Shown piece by piece: positions 25,831 through 39,796 of a DNA stretch of 64,000 bases; the first letter of the stretch is position 1, and every line of letters begins with the position of its first letter. The DNA comes from Eledone cirrhosa (Eukaryota): positions 157,542,001-157,606,000 of the forward strand of contig OZ024743.1 of assembly GCA_964016885.1 (NCBI GenBank), in the 5' to 3' direction. The notes beneath the pieces are model-generated. The model was not told where the DNA came from, did not search any database, and was given only the letters and a program-made list of their open reading frames with translations. The translations under genes were made by a program, and so were the position numbers.

Positions 25831-28829
25831 CGAGTTGTTAAAAAATAAACCTAACAGCTTATATTTTAGATGTTATAAAAACCTATACTCTATTCCCTAT
25901 AAGAAACAATAGCCAACTTTCTTTCAAGTACCACCGTACCGTCTCATTAAATAAAAGTCATTGTACAGTGTACACAAAACCATGAGATAGTGGTAGCTGG
26001 AATACCTTCATATTGTCTGCTATCGTGATGGTATTTGACACATAATGTAGTATTAAATTGATCCCAAAATGTTTGATGTAACAACAGTTTCTTGGTTCGG
26101 AATAACTTGTGTTTCAACCGGAAATTATCTTCAGAGAAATAAAATGTCTACTAACATTTACATACACATATACGATTATAAGAATACTTATTTTCTCAGT
26201 TTTCCAGCTTTCGATAATGTATGCACCTACGCATATATGTTATTTGCCTGAAGTCAAAGGATTGTGGGGTTTCTGCATCTCATTACCGTCCTAAACCAGT
26301 GAAGTAATGTCTGTCAACATAATTACTCATCTTGCTCTATGTGACACACAACTCTCCGCTCCGAACACTGTAACAAATACTATACTGCTTTTAAAGCTGA
26401 CTGCACATATTTGAAACCGAAAGAGTAAAACACCATGTCTTGCAGTTAAAATTAGAAGCGGTAATGGAAGGCTTCATTCTATTAATTACACTCTTCTTTT
26501 AATGTTCGGTAAAAGAAAATTGATTGTAGCTACTCAAAATTGAAAACAATAGACACCAGATGACATGCCTTCAAATCAGCCACAGACATCTTGAATAATA
26601 TGTTATTAATACAAATTTTCGTTTTGAGTATTTCTGGCCTTAGTATAAAGCTTATCGTGTTACACAGTCTTTAAAGAACATGCGACACATGCAACTAAAG
26701 ATGCTTTTAAACTAGTATCTCATTCACCTACTGTGCAGTCAAAATGAATTTTCCTCTTCTGTTCAACTACACACGCCCAGCGCACCCACTCATATACACA
26801 ATTTTGGGAGAATGTGTGTGAATATGTGTGTGAAATAAGTTTGTGTTTATGTTTATAGATGATACTGAAATTGAATACAAAGGAGCAAATATAGAACAAT
26901 TTCAAACTTCATTAAACGGAGAACATACATTCTTCACAACCTGACATATACTCAACTCAATATCGCTGTAAGCCAAAGGTGAAGGAATTAACAATACTCC
27001 CTATATTTTGTTGAAAGATTCATGCTATGTATAAACAAAAGATATGCAATTTTACATTGTAGAAAATGCCATGTATTAAGAAAATATAACACCTTCAACA
27101 GAAGAGACCAGTACTTCACCAAATATTTACTAAGAAAAGATTTCTCTTCAAGGCACTTAAAATATAATCAAGATAATTAATATAAGCTACCTTGAGTAAT
27201 AACCAGACTTTTGCAAGTTTGCAATGGCTGTAAAATATAGAGTGGCCTGAAAAAAGTGCCAGTATTTCAAGCTACAATGCTATAGCAGCACAACGCCCTG
27301 ACCATATGGTATTGTCTGAATTGACAAAAATGTCTTGATTGGGAAGACTATATAGAGTGTACAGATGAAAGAAAGTATAAAGAATATATGAAGAAAGTGA
27401 GGGTAGAAGATGGCACTAAACATTGATTCATGGTATGTCATGGTTTGTAACTAGTTCCATCATGCCCTACCTGGCTCGTATTGGCATTAGAAAGAGGAAT
27501 AGAGTTGTGACTCAAGAACTAGGGGAAAAGACTGAAATACTTTCATTATGGATAAAGAAAAGGCATTTGAATGAAAGGCAAAAGCTGAGAGCGGAGAGCA
27601 AACACTCAGCAAGGAAGAAATAAACATGATAATTCTTGAATGATTCAAATGTTTATAACAGCATCTTGATTCCGGAGATGGCGGCTTGGATAACGGAATA
27701 AGAAATCATGTTATAAAATGTATCATAAAACTCGGACATTTATTTGTTGATAGCATCAATGCTGTTTGTCACCGCAGCGATAATATCGGGAAGTGATGAC
27801 ACATTAGAAATCTCCAGGTTAATATTTAACATAATTTTCCTTGAGTGCTATCAAATCTACAGAAAGATTAATTTCATTGAGATAACAAGTATGGCTCTGA
27901 TTACATTGACATATAGTGGCACTTAACCATGTGGAAATCGTTATACGTCTGTGATGAAACATGCATTGCGTTGTTTTTGTTGTTTAGATCAAGATCAGAC
28001 TGATTCAAAAGACCAGTAACGAAATGAATTCGAGCCGCGTCAATCCCGCCTTTCACTCATATGCAATATGTCTAGGACCTCATTATCAAATGAGTTCTTT
28101 TTTTTAAGAAACAGGTGTTAATATGCTCTGGGTATTATTTATATCATATCAGGCAAGCAGGTAGAGAGGTCTGCAGATTAGTTAACATATTTATATGAAG
28201 ATTTACATATTTCTATTTACATATCTGCCGTTCATTACTAAACGTGTATGTTAAAGATATATACTATTAAGGTAGTGAGTCAATTGCAGAGTGTTTCTTA
28301 AGAATGCAGAGCACATCAACTGATGTATAAGAAGTAAAATCTCACCGATGTATGTACATATGTAAACATAAATATATATTCAGATAGAGAAATAGAATTG
28401 TGTTCAATTATGTGTAAGCAAAACAGGCTGAAAGTAAAAATCCCTATATATGTGTGTGTGTGTGTGTGTGTGCATGAAATGAAACCCTCGGTATGCGTAG
28501 CCTGAACCAAGAGCAGGTGATCTAGTAAAACAGTAAATACATTTCATATAATATAACAAATGAAAAATGTTACTGCAACAATCTAACCACTCTAGAATTG
28601 TCTTAATAAAGCTAGTTTAAAATATCTCAGAATCAATATCATCATTATCTTCAAACGCAAAAGTCTTTAATGGTTTACTATTACTTCTGAAAAGTTTCTC
28701 GAAAGAGAAAATTCAGTGCCAATATAATACACAAAAAAAAAAGAAACCGAAAGATGTTAGTCATTTGGTTAAAACGCCTTTCAATTTACATATTTGTATT
28801 TAATTTTCTGCTAGTCATTAATAGGGGTT

Positions 28830-29040
28830 AGACAGAAGGGACGACAAAAAGCAGATGGCATGACAATCTGCCGGTTCCGCGGGGGTAGGCCGCTCATCTG
28901 GAATGTTACATGTTGTGATACTTTCCCTAGTGGCAACCGGGTGCTTTCGGCTAGCAGCCTAGGCTCTGCTGCCCGCCAAGCCAAAGAAAGCAAACTGTCC
29001 AAGTATCAGCCGCTCTCTGAGAGGTTTATGGTAGAGACTG
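28830..29040 (+). mobile_element. CRE-like non-LTR retrotransposon restriction-like endonuclease remnant
   Basis: DGMTI..F.GGRPLIWNVTCCDTF...GSAARQAKESKLSKY...VET. Confidence 0.65.
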
Positions 29041-29044
29041 TAGT

Positions 29045-30250
29045 AGTGTTTGTTTTGATCGATAAATTTTACTCAACTTCACATGTCCATCTCGCATCTT
29101 TGTTATGCTCTTTTGGAATTCCCCATAGATTTGACGAAAATTGTGTAGATTCTTTAGAATTAGGTGCCACTTCTACGCCATTTTCCCCTAACAGTGCTCT
29201 AAAACCATTTTCTGATTTGTAGAGAATAATTTTATCTGTTGGTATTGTTTTGTCTTTTGTCTATTTGTGCCTAACCCGATTAGATTTTGCCTTAATTCGC
29301 TGATTCACTTCCTCCATCACTACATTCAATCTTTTATTTTATACCTCATGCCCATGCGTCGTTTCTCCCCTACTTTGGCATTCTTCCATTTTCTTCTGTC
29401 ATGCATCAATTTTACCTAGATCTTTTCTGAGCTGAGTTATAAAACCTTCCAATCTTATTTTCCACCGGGTTTCCTTACATTTCTTCCTTTCAGTTTGCTT
29501 AATACTTAATAGACCACCCACCAGAAATACTCTCCCCATTTACTAGTTCATCATTCTCACCCACCCACCCCACCCCCACTATCAGCATTTTAGTATGCTA
29601 ATTCTTCCTCAATTGATTTATCTTCCGGGCGCCATGCTTTCCAACATAGAGTTACGTCCCTTTACGGACTGAGTTTAAATCCAGCCGAGGTTAACTTTTC
29701 CTTTCATCTTTACGGTTCGATAAAATGAAGTACCAGTAATGTAGTGGAATAATTGCTGGCTTTGTGCCAAAATTATAAACAATTATTATCTCTTCCCTTC
29801 CCGCTGACCATATTTGCATCATCTCGGTTTCTTTTACAAAGTATGAATGTTAATGCCGAATCATTAACATTCATACTTTGAACTTCCACATCCAGAACTC
29901 TAATTTACCCTTGTGGTGCCAATTACTTCACCTTTCCCCTATCTGACCTATCAAATTGTTCACACTGATTCTAAACCTTTGCCAGTGCTGAAGCATCCGT
30001 TCACCCACACCATCTGTTCCTCACAAGAATGTGGCAATTGATTGAATTGTTATCTTCTTTGCTCCATTTTCTTCTGCCTCCGGTTTCATTGCGTCGTTTT
30101 ACTTTTCTACAGTTACAAACTTGTGGTTATTTTGTGGCTCAGTTGCATGATGGTTTCTGAGGTTCCGCAAGCACTAGCGCTCTTATGGGTTTCGCCACCA
30201 CCAGGACGGTCACCAGCTAAGGATAAAGAGCCCTTCCTGGCATTTTGGTT
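29045..30250 (-). mobile_element. Highly degraded R4/Dong-like N-terminal fragment (interrupted by a SINE)
   Basis: Minus strand near 29410-29470 reads RWKIRLEGFITQLRKDLGKI, similar to PWWKKRLNGQIREMRNDIGKL in copy 1. Confidence 0.5.
29628..29782 (+). mobile_element. Nin/Deu-domain SINE, partial
   Basis: B-box-like, core and tail motifs. Confidence 0.8.
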
Positions 30251-30769
30251 GTTGTTATTGTTGCAGTTGTTGTTTCCACTGTTGCTGTGATCTGGTCCAA
30301 CTACCAGCGATGCAGTTACTGTACTGGTGTTAGTTGTAGTGCTGACTGCGATGGGGTTGAGAAAGTTGTTGTCCTTCTTTCATTTTGTTGTCCTGTGAGT
30401 GATACTGCTTGTTTAGCCCTGTGAAGCGCAACGGATCTAGTCTATAAATAGACTAGTGCCGACGTTTCCCTTGAAATGATTGTTGTCGTTTTTGTCTTTG
30501 CCATAGAGAAAGAGATTGGCTAGTTGTTGTAATCGTTATTATTGTTGTTACCCTCTGGGTTGTTGCTGATTTGGATTTGTGTTGTTGCTGTAGTTGTTGT
30601 TATCAAGGATCAGCAAGGTTCAGTTGTTGAATATGCAACTATGTGTAGTGGTATAGATAGCTTGACCTCTGTGACTGCCACTTTCCCTTCAATATTTTAT
30701 TCATAGAACCGATCATCAGTACTGGGTGGTAGTCCTCAAAACAGCCGGCTTTGTGACATTTGCTCTCTG

Positions 30770-31590
30770 TGGTTAGAGTAAACAATCACCTCTTGGCACC
30801 GTTCAAATCATGTGCGCTACCCACCAAGGTTGTTCCCTGTTGTATGAATCGATTATCGAGTCATTACTACACAAATTACAGACGTTGAGGGTAGCATCCC
30901 ACGCGAAATAGAACATGGTATATCCGTGCCAGCATATTACCATAGCAGTGTCGAGCACCATACACATTGAACACTTTGAGGGAATACAATGTGCTGACAG
31001 GAACGAAAATTAGCTAGGAAAAGTCGGTGGGTCTCAGTTCGGCATCTGGTAGGAAAACACATGCCATTCAACAGTGTCGTCTGGCGCTGGACATACGCAG
31101 CAGCTAAATTCCACTGGGTCTGATTCATTCAAGACCTCCAGATAGAGAAAAGCTATGACGGTGTCGAACACGGTGGTAACTCTCACCCAGAAATGGGCTG
31201 AGACGAAGTTGTCCCTGAAAGAACTGGTGAATGCGTACATCAAGTCCGTCATCTACTACCGCCTGATCACCGTCGCTTGGCCTAAGCCCTGCCTGACTGT
31301 ACTGGAGCATTTGTTCTTTCGCTTCATCTGGAAGGGACACGTCTCAATGGTCAGGGGGTCCATCAGCTGTCTACACCTGCTGCTTGGAGAACTGGGAATG
31401 CCGTGGCTGATGGTGAACAAACATGCGCTAAGATATTCCTGACCTGACAGTGCTATCGGAGAACATTGTCTGTCCCAGCTACACTCTACAAACATGAAAA
31501 TGTCGTCAACGGCGCCTGTTCGAGATGCACACAGGATGACGAAACCCTCCTGCATGCACTCGTCCAGCATTCGAGCATTGCTGACTTGAC
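30770..31590 (+). mobile_element. Degraded Tx1/L1 ORF2 fragment
   Basis: LTQKWAETKLSLK..VIYYRL..FRFIWKG; similar to 522-833. Confidence 0.8.
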
Positions 31591-31714
31591 AAAACTTCTG
31601 TTTTAACTGTTCCATTACTGTATAGAATCCGCTCTTTCGTAGTTTATATTTCTTATCTGATATCCCTCGATCAGTATTTTTTTCTGTTTTCTTTTCCATT
31701 TTCGCAGTTGTTGC

Positions 31715-32290
31715 AAACAGATTTTTACCTTTGTTTTTGAACAGGTGGATTATCGATGCATCTCTGATTTCCCGGGAGACACTCCCAACACTCCAAATCT
31801 CTAGGTATAGCCGAAGAAGCCTACGAACCAGTTTTTTACCGCCATATTTGAAGATTTCAGGTGGGGTGCCATCTTTTCCAGGAGACATATTGGATGATAG
31901 CTGCCTGATAGGAGCTTTTATTTCATTCAAGTTTGAGTTCAATGCTAATTAAAGGATCTCCGGTCTTGTGGAACAGAATAAATTACATCTTCATCGACCT
32001 TTGATTCTGCATTAAGGACCTTCTCAAAGTGTTCCTTCCAGAGAGTGAGAATCTCAGCTTTGTCCCTGTATAGGGCTGTTCCATCAGAGGAAAGCACTGT
32101 TTTGACCTGCCCTCCCTCAGACCATACACGCCTTGAGAGCGTTATAAAAGGCTCGTGAGTCCTTTTCATCTGCTGCTTCTTGTAATTCGGCGGCTTTACC
32201 CATCCACCAAGAATCCTTCATCTTTCTAAGTGAGGATTGTACCTGCTGCCACACTTTTTGGAAATATTGATGACAAAGGATTGGTGCAGA
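31715..32290 (-). mobile_element. RTE-clade LINE fragment
   Basis: WKEHFEKVLN, SPGKDGTPPEIFKYGG, IIHLFKNKG. Confidence 0.75.
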
Positions 32291-32552
32291 AGATTATATA
32301 TATATATATATATACTCTTTTACTCTTTTACCTGTTCCAGCCATCCGGCTGAGGCCATGCTGGGGCACCGCCCTTGATATATATGTGTATACAATAAATG
32401 TAATCTGAGTTTTCGAATATTAATAATAACATTCGATTCGTTTGCAATTATGCAAATAATTTTATAGCCATGTCAGTAGAATGAACCCTTCATTCTTGCT
32501 CTTGTGTTGGCATATACATATATGTATACATATATATATATATATGTATATA

Positions 32553-32755
32553 TAGGAAAAAATTTGACCCCGACAGCAGAGCTCAAGCCGTTTCAACAGC
32601 TGTTTCTGGACTAAATTTAGTCCAGAAATAGCCGTCGAAACGGCTTGAGCTCTGCCGTCGGGGTCATACTTTTTCCTATTTCCCACTCTACTACTCTAAG
32701 TATTGAGTACTCTGGTGCGTTATGGTCCATCCGGTTCCTTACCACAATTCCTTTG

Positions 32756-32802
<47 letters not shown>

Positions 32803-33058
32803 AACGAGTAGGACCCCCGACGGCTGAGCTCAAGCCGTTTCGACGGCTAATTCTGGACTAAATGAAAATGTTTATCCTGGAAGATGAATAGCCGAGCTTC
32901 CCAGGGGTTAATTCCATATATGGTAAAAGTGATTGTCACAAGGATTGGTCAAAAGTTTGTTGTTGAGACACATAATTTTATCATGGCATTTTGTGGAAGG
33001 AAGGGGTAGCTGAACTTGCCAGTAGAAGAAAGAGGTTCCTTACCACATTTCCTTCGTT
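32553..33058. mobile_element. Two short family-A PLE pLTR remnants (palindrome 32555-32677 + tail to 32758; second piece 32800-33058) in (TA)n
   Basis: Share gccgtcgaaacggcttgagctc.gccgtc and the ggaccataacgcaccagagtac tail with 15330-16762. Confidence 0.75.
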
Positions 33059-33082
33059 ATATATATATATATATATAGAAAT

Positions 33083-33132
33083 GACTTCTACTGGACTAGA
33101 GCTGTTTCATTCAAAATAAATCATCAGGAAAC
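33083..33132 (-). ncRNA. Hammerhead-like motif (family C), diverged copy
   Basis: UUC-CUGAUGA..GAAACAG..GUA-GAAG; paralog of 39808-39858. Confidence 0.55.
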
Positions 33133-33522
33133 ATGTGTTTTGAGTACCTTACTTATTGTGGTTACCCCCGATTGAACCCGGGATACACACACACACACTC
33201 TCACACACACACACATATATATATATATAGAGAGAGAGAGGGAGTGGGAGAGAGAGGGAGAGTAAGAGAAAGTGAATTTGTGTGTATGTGTCTGTTTCTG
33301 CGGATATATTTGCTGTTTGTATAAATCCCTTAGCTCAGAGGTTGGACAAATGGACCTGACTTTAAAAAAGAGGTAAAGATAACAAAATCCATAGAAAGTG
33401 ATGCACTAGCATGGCCGCTGTATAAAAAGTGGTACTACCCGAAGAATATAATAAATATATGAGTGTGTGTGTGTGAATTTGGTATATGTTTGCAAGTAGA
33501 TAGATATATATAGACATAGATA

Positions 33523-36500
33523 AATTTCTTTATTAGCACCAAGGGCAGAAAGGAAGGAGACACATACAGGTATATGAAAATAAAACAATTAATAAAATAA
33601 CAAATAACAATTGAAATCCCCAATAGGGGGGAGGCCTTATACAGGGGTTGTACACACCCCGAAAAAATGTACAACCCTCATCTCCAGGAGCACCAAGAGT
33701 GAGTACTCCCTTCCTCTCTTCCGCTTTTTCCTCAACCTACAGGCTTATATAGAGAGAAGGCCCAACCACTCCAGCCATCTTTGCCACATTCAACCACCTT
33801 TTATAAAATTTGCTGGGGTACAGCACCTCTCTCTCCATCCTGATTCTTCTTCCAAAATGATATTTGAAAATACGAATCAGTTGTTCGCCGGAGAGAAAGG
33901 TGTCTGACCTCAGCCCTTTTAACCTCGTCCAACATATAACCTCTTTCACTATTCCCATAACACATAGGAAAACCGCCTCTTCTCCGTTTTTGAAGATGGG
34001 TGGCGGTTTCATCATGACAATGGACTCGGTGGTCAACTGGATTGGTCCCACCCGCGACATAACCCCACAGGTCGGTAATGCCTGGGCAGTGTACAAATGC
34101 GTGCGCGACGGTTTCCTCGTCGCGTACGCATCTCGGACAGATCTTTTTCGAAGGGTCCCTGCCCGGGCGCCCGTGCCTGTAGAGCTTGTCTCAAACTGGT
34201 AGAGTTCCTCGGTAGCACTGCCAAGCCAGGGACTTTTGAAAGTTGTCCATTGGTGGTCCCGGGCGAAAGATCCTACCGAACAGACTGACCAGTTCGTCCT
34301 CCTCTACGCCTAGAGTTTCTCCAAGCGCGTCGTCGTACTTGCTGCAGACCAACCCTCTATAGAATGTCGAAGTGGAGTCTCCACTGATCGCCGGCTCCGT
34401 TTGCCAGAGGACTGTGAGCGCCTGAGCACATTCGATGTGCCAGTCCCCCATTTACCTCGGTCTTTGCTTGACCCAGGACTGCAGCTCGGTCAGCGATACG
34501 AGTCGTGGAAAGGCTCGCATCACGAGCGGGGCCCACACCGGTTGTCCGGTGAGGAATACATGGAGGTGCCGCAGCCTGAGCGCGTGTTTTCGCATCGTGA
34601 GCCACGACAACCCCAGCCCTCCGTTTGAAGGGTGTTGGCAGGAGATGGATCTTCTCACCAACGGAGCCCGTTTCTTCCAAAGGAATTGGAAGAGCGCGTG
34701 CACCCTTTTGGTGAGCAATTTGGCTGGACAAGGCACGACGGTCAAGCGGTAGTAGATGACGGACGCTATAAAAGTGTTCGCCACCTCCGCTCAACCTTTC
34801 AAGGATAGTTTGCACTCCGCCCACTTCTGGGTGAGCGCAAACACCTTGGCCGTCACCTCGTTCCAGTTCTTCTCCACGTGGAGGTCCAGACCAAACCAGA
34901 GCCCGAGCAGCTTTACCGGTCCTTCCGTCCAGCGCCCAACGACGCCATCGGAACGCATTGATTTGCCTCACCACGTTCCTAGTTGCAAACCGACGGGTTT
35001 GTCCCGGTTCAGCTCCGCTCCTGTGAACCTTTCGTATTCCTCCAGTAAGGTGCCGACCTCCCCGATTTACGAGGTGCTCGACACCATTACTGTCACGTCG
35101 TCGGCATAGGTCGACGCCGCTTTTCGCAGTCAAGGTTCCAAAGGGATTCCCTGCAATAGCTTCAACTTCAGCAGTAGTGGCTCGAGGGTCAGTACGTACA
35201 GAAGGGAGGAGAGAGGGCATCCCTGTCGGATGGATCGCGTGATATGGAACGGCTCCGAGAGGTAGCCGTTCACCTTGACCCTTGAGCACATGTTGTTGCT
35301 GTACATTGCAGGAATCCAGCCCCTGAACACGGGTCCGAAGCCTGCCGCCTCGGGTACCGCATCCAGGTAACGATGGTCAACCCTATCGAAAGCCTTAGAC
35401 TGATCCAGACTGATCAGAGCCCCACCGAAGCCGGGTTTACACCCTACCCTCTCTATGATGTATCGCATGGGGTGGAGGTTGTCGTGTATAGACCTGGTCG
35501 GGATTGCGCATGTCTGCGCTTCTCCCAGGCTATCGATGACAAGCGCCAGCCTCTTTGCCAACACCTTGGCCAAAATCTGTAACTCCGTGCTTAGCAGAGT
35601 TATGGGCCGGAAGTTGCCTATGTCATCCCCCTTATTCGCGTCCTTCCTGACTAAAGTGTCAACGCCCTTGGTCACAAAACTGGGAATTCTCCCATTCTGC
35701 TGCCAGTTGCAATACACAGCTTCCAGGAGACGGAAAACAAGTCCGGCATTGCTACGTAAAATTCGTAGGATAGACCGTCGAGACCTGGAGATTTGCATTT
35801 GCCGCATTGGCTCAGCACGTCCCCTATCTTAGCGGCCGAAATCGGCCTTTCGCAGAACTTCGCCTCGCCGTCCGAGAGTCGCGGCAGGCCGTCAAGCTAT
35901 GGACTGAAATCCATAGCCCCTCCCGGTGCTGCGCCCTACCCGAACAGTTGAGCAAAGTGCAGCTGAAAGGCCGCGCACATCTGCTTCGGCTCACGTATTA
36001 TGCGTCCATCTTGGTCCTTCTAAGACCGAATCGTGGACTTGTTGCCACTTTTCGCCTCCGTCACTCGGGCCCAGCTAACAGCTTTGGCTCCCTCGTCTCC
36101 CAAAGCACGTATTTTCCTCCTGACAACGCAGCATTCGTGCTTTGCGTCGAAGAACTGGTCCAAGGCCGTTCTCGTCGCTACCACGCTGGCTACGTTGCCA
36201 CTCCTAAGTGCTTCTTCTAATTTATCTACCACTTCCTTTTCGGTCTTATTTCTATCTAACCCTAATTCTTTACTAAAACCTATCGAGTCTAATCTAACTG
36301 CCCTCTTGAGCGAGTACCACCATCTGTTGTTGACAATGGCCCCCGTCAAGTGCTGCTTAACTAAAGTGCTAATCCGTCTACTGTAGTCTTTGCATGTCGG
36401 TAACGACAAGTTCAGCTTCCAGTAGCTGGGTCCCTGTCTATCGGTTCTGTCAAGGTTGACTAAGCAGGTCACTAGTTTGTGATCTGAATAGGCAACCATG

Positions 36501-37300
36501 AACATTTGTGGACAGCTTAACATGTCCCTATCGCTAACTCTAACTAGAAACCTATCTAGGTACGATCTAGATGTTCCGCTGTAGTTGCTCCACGTCCACC
36601 GTGGCACAGTTGGAAAACCTAGTCGATATCTATCGGCCAGTTGAGATCGGCCGATTAACTGTTTGAGGCTGTTACACCCCCTCTATCGGGACATGCTCCC
36701 ATATAGTCCCAACGTGCATCTAAGATTCCATTCCAGTCCCCCACTAACAGCAGGGAGCGGGACGTTCCCAGAAAAGTCTCTAGACGTTTGAAGAAGTCTA
36801 GCCGCAGTGTCCCGGATGGGGCATATATGCGGCCACCAGCCTGAAGGCTCCACCTTCACTACCGTCAACGTCTAGGACAACCAGTCGACCCTCCGGGTCC
36901 AGATGTACCGGCTGTGTTACGAAGTCCAGGTGTTTCCGCAACAAAACGGCAACCCCGCCCCCACCTCCCGGCTGACAGAGAGATGCGTAGATCTCAAAGT
37001 CGTCGAAGATGGGGGCCAGTTGTCGCTCGCTGTGGATCCTGGACTCGCAAATGGCTACTACATCCATACTGTGCGACCTGAGGTCGTTTAAGATTTTGCC
37101 CTGTTTCCAGGGCATCCCCAGGCCGCATACATTCACACATCCAACTCTTATATTGGTCATATTGGTGCTGAAAATTTAAAAGAAGAGGAAAAGAAATCAC
37201 TCACCTCTTCGTCTCCTGGGGACCAGGCTGCACAATTTCCATGGGGGGGTGGAGGGTTTTTTTGGTGGGGTGGTGGTCTCTGGCGGGGTGGGGACGGAGA
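33523..37300 (-). mobile_element. Tx1/L1-clade LINE, complete but disrupted ORF2 (APE endonuclease, RT, zinc finger) + 3' UTR
   Basis: RVGCVNVCGL (37160), SYLDRFLV, YSDH, SYWKLN, NFRPITLL, LDQSKAFD, RQGCPLS, YADD; tail gcccttggtgctaataaagaaat. Confidence 0.92.
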
Positions 37301-37311
37301 TGTTTATAGAC

Positions 37312-37386
<75 letters not shown>

Positions 37387-37690
37387 TATTGTGACGGATA
37401 GATAGAAAGTGAGGGAAAGAGTGGCACATAAACAATAGATGCAGAGCAGATATATTATTCATATAAAATGAGAGAGAAGGTGCAACAGATAGTGGTTTAA
37501 ATGAAGATATGTACGTTTGGGTAAACAACCAAGGAATAAAGTATTCAATATATAACAGTATGTTTGTTTACCACACGCAAGAATATCATGTGTATATATA
37601 CATGTATATACATGTATGGGTGTGGGGATATTTCTAAAGTAGATATATGTATGTATTATATATATATATAAACACTCACACACACACACA

Positions 37691-37765
<75 letters not shown>

Positions 37766-37927
37766 CACTCGCACATATATATATATAAATGCATGTATGT
37801 ATGCATATACGTGTGTATGTATATATGTATATATCTCTGTATGTATGTATGTATGTATGTATGTATGTATGTGTGTAGGTATGTATGTATGTATGTATGT
37901 ATGTGAAAGCTGAATTTAAGAACTTAC

Positions 37928-37972
37928 CAATGCCAAAGCAGACGTCAACAAAAGAAGGTAAGGTGCCGCCAT
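37928..37972 (-). CDS. Candidate first coding exon of a host secreted or membrane protein (signal-peptide-like [15 protein letters not shown])
   Basis: acgATGG start, 15 mostly hydrophobic codons, then TTG|GTAAGT donor, in non-repetitive sequence; no downstream exon identified. Confidence 0.35.
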
Positions 37973-39490
37973 CGTGGAGTGGAGATATTCAACTTGGCTG
38001 TTAACTAAACACTTGTATAAGTAGTGTAAACAATTCTTTGAGCCAATCCTAACAAGCTGTGTTTGGCGATGTCTGTGATTGTGTTATTATTCCAACAATG
38101 GGCAAAATAAGTACTACTTGTGTTTGTATTTGTAGTTGTAAATATTCTTGTTAATGGCGTTCGTTTTGTTATAGTTGTTTAGCTGTTTTGCTTTTCTCTT
38201 CTTTTTTATGCTGTTTATTTGTGTTTAGTGTTTTGTCTTGTAATGATTTACATTCGTTAAGTCTTCCTTTTGTTACGTTACATCTTAAGATTTTGTTATT
38301 GTCATTGGCGTGGGAATTCAGCCGTATAAGTGTAAATATAGTGAGCCAGTTACGACCACATGTATATACATACATATAAGCATACACATGCGCTGCACTC
38401 ACAAACGCACATACGTAGTTGTATGTGTGTGTGTGTTTATGTGTCTGTGAGGTGTATATTGTGTGAATATATATACGTGTGTGTACAATGTGTGCGTTGG
38501 GGTGTGCTAATGTTTGTTTATGTGTATTTGTGAACGTGAGGCCAAATATGTTTGGATAATTATATGGAAGACTTGTTCGGTGTGGTAAAACTAATTTTGA
38601 AACGGACAGATCTCAGAATTTTTTTTCTTTTCTTAAGTATTTCCTTTTTTCTGTTTTCTTTCTTTTGTCCTTCCGTGTGTCCGAATTTTAGTCGTGGTCA
38701 GTGTCTAGAAAATTTCAACTAAAGAATTAATCCATTATTAAGCTTTAAGAAATATTTCCTTTTCGTTTATCCGAATTGTTTTATACTTTTTATTTGTCTG
38801 CGACTGAATTAAATGTGCCAAAGTTGATCTCTGCTCTCACAGATATAATGTCGTAGTACGTATAGAACGTGAAAGACAGGCAAGACTAAATATAGTTAAG
38901 AATAGCTGAGAAATGTTAGTATATATATACTTTTTAAAATAGCAACAAACATGATATAAATAAATATGAAATCTCGCTTTGTTTGTGTTTTTTATTAATG
39001 TTTTATTCGTTTATTTTTTCATCCGGTGCGGTGTCACACATTCTTGTTTCACCCTCCCTTCGCTTTTCCTTATAAATCTTTCCCTCAGTTGTAGCATTTT
39101 GTTTGTTCATAACATATTTTCTTCCTTGTTTACCTTTAATGTCGCCCTTTTTAATTTCATTTCTCATCTTCTCTTTTCACTTTTCATTCATCCTAATATT
39201 TTCTTTCACTCTTTTTGGAGGGGTGGGGCAGTAATAGGGTAAGAATTCCAATTTTTTTCTGTTTCCCCTTCCTTTCTTCAAATGTTTTCGAGATTTCTTT
39301 CGCCTCTTCCAGTATCTTTGTTTCTACTTTTTTTTTTCGTCAATCATTCCCTCCTCTTCTCATCTCCCCTCATTCTTTCACATAAACGTCTCCTCTCTCA
39401 TCCTCTATAGTATCTACTCTTTCTCATCTCAATCGCACTGCCACGCTCTCTCATATATATATGTGTGTGTGTGTATATATATATATATTA

Positions 39491-39736
39491 TAACTATGGT
39501 TTCATACACTTACCACGTATGTGAGACCATTCGTTTCTGGATCCAGTTATGGCCACCACTGTATATTGGAGGAGGCATTTCCAAACTGACCCTTCATCGG
39601 GCACGTTGTATATTAGTCAGTGTGCCCGATGAAGGGCTAGTTTGGCAGTGCCTCCTCCAATATACAGTGGTCGCCATAACTGGACCCTGAAACGAATGGT
39701 CTCACATACTTGTTAAGTGTATGGATCAATAGTTAT
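39491..39736. repeat. Fold-back palindrome with a hammerhead-like motif in each arm (plus copy 39620-39707)
   Basis: GUGUG-C-CCGAUGA-AGGG..long stem..CCCU-GAAAC-GAAUG-GUC-UCACAU. Confidence 0.7.
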
Positions 39737-39796
39737 AATATAACCACAGTAACCACAGTAAGTAAGGTATTCAATACAAAGCAGAGTATAAATATC

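Noticed and set aside
31256-31942. 228-aa ORF as a novel chimeric protein
   Set aside because: Chance read-through from an RTE fragment into the antisense strand of a Tx1 fragment.
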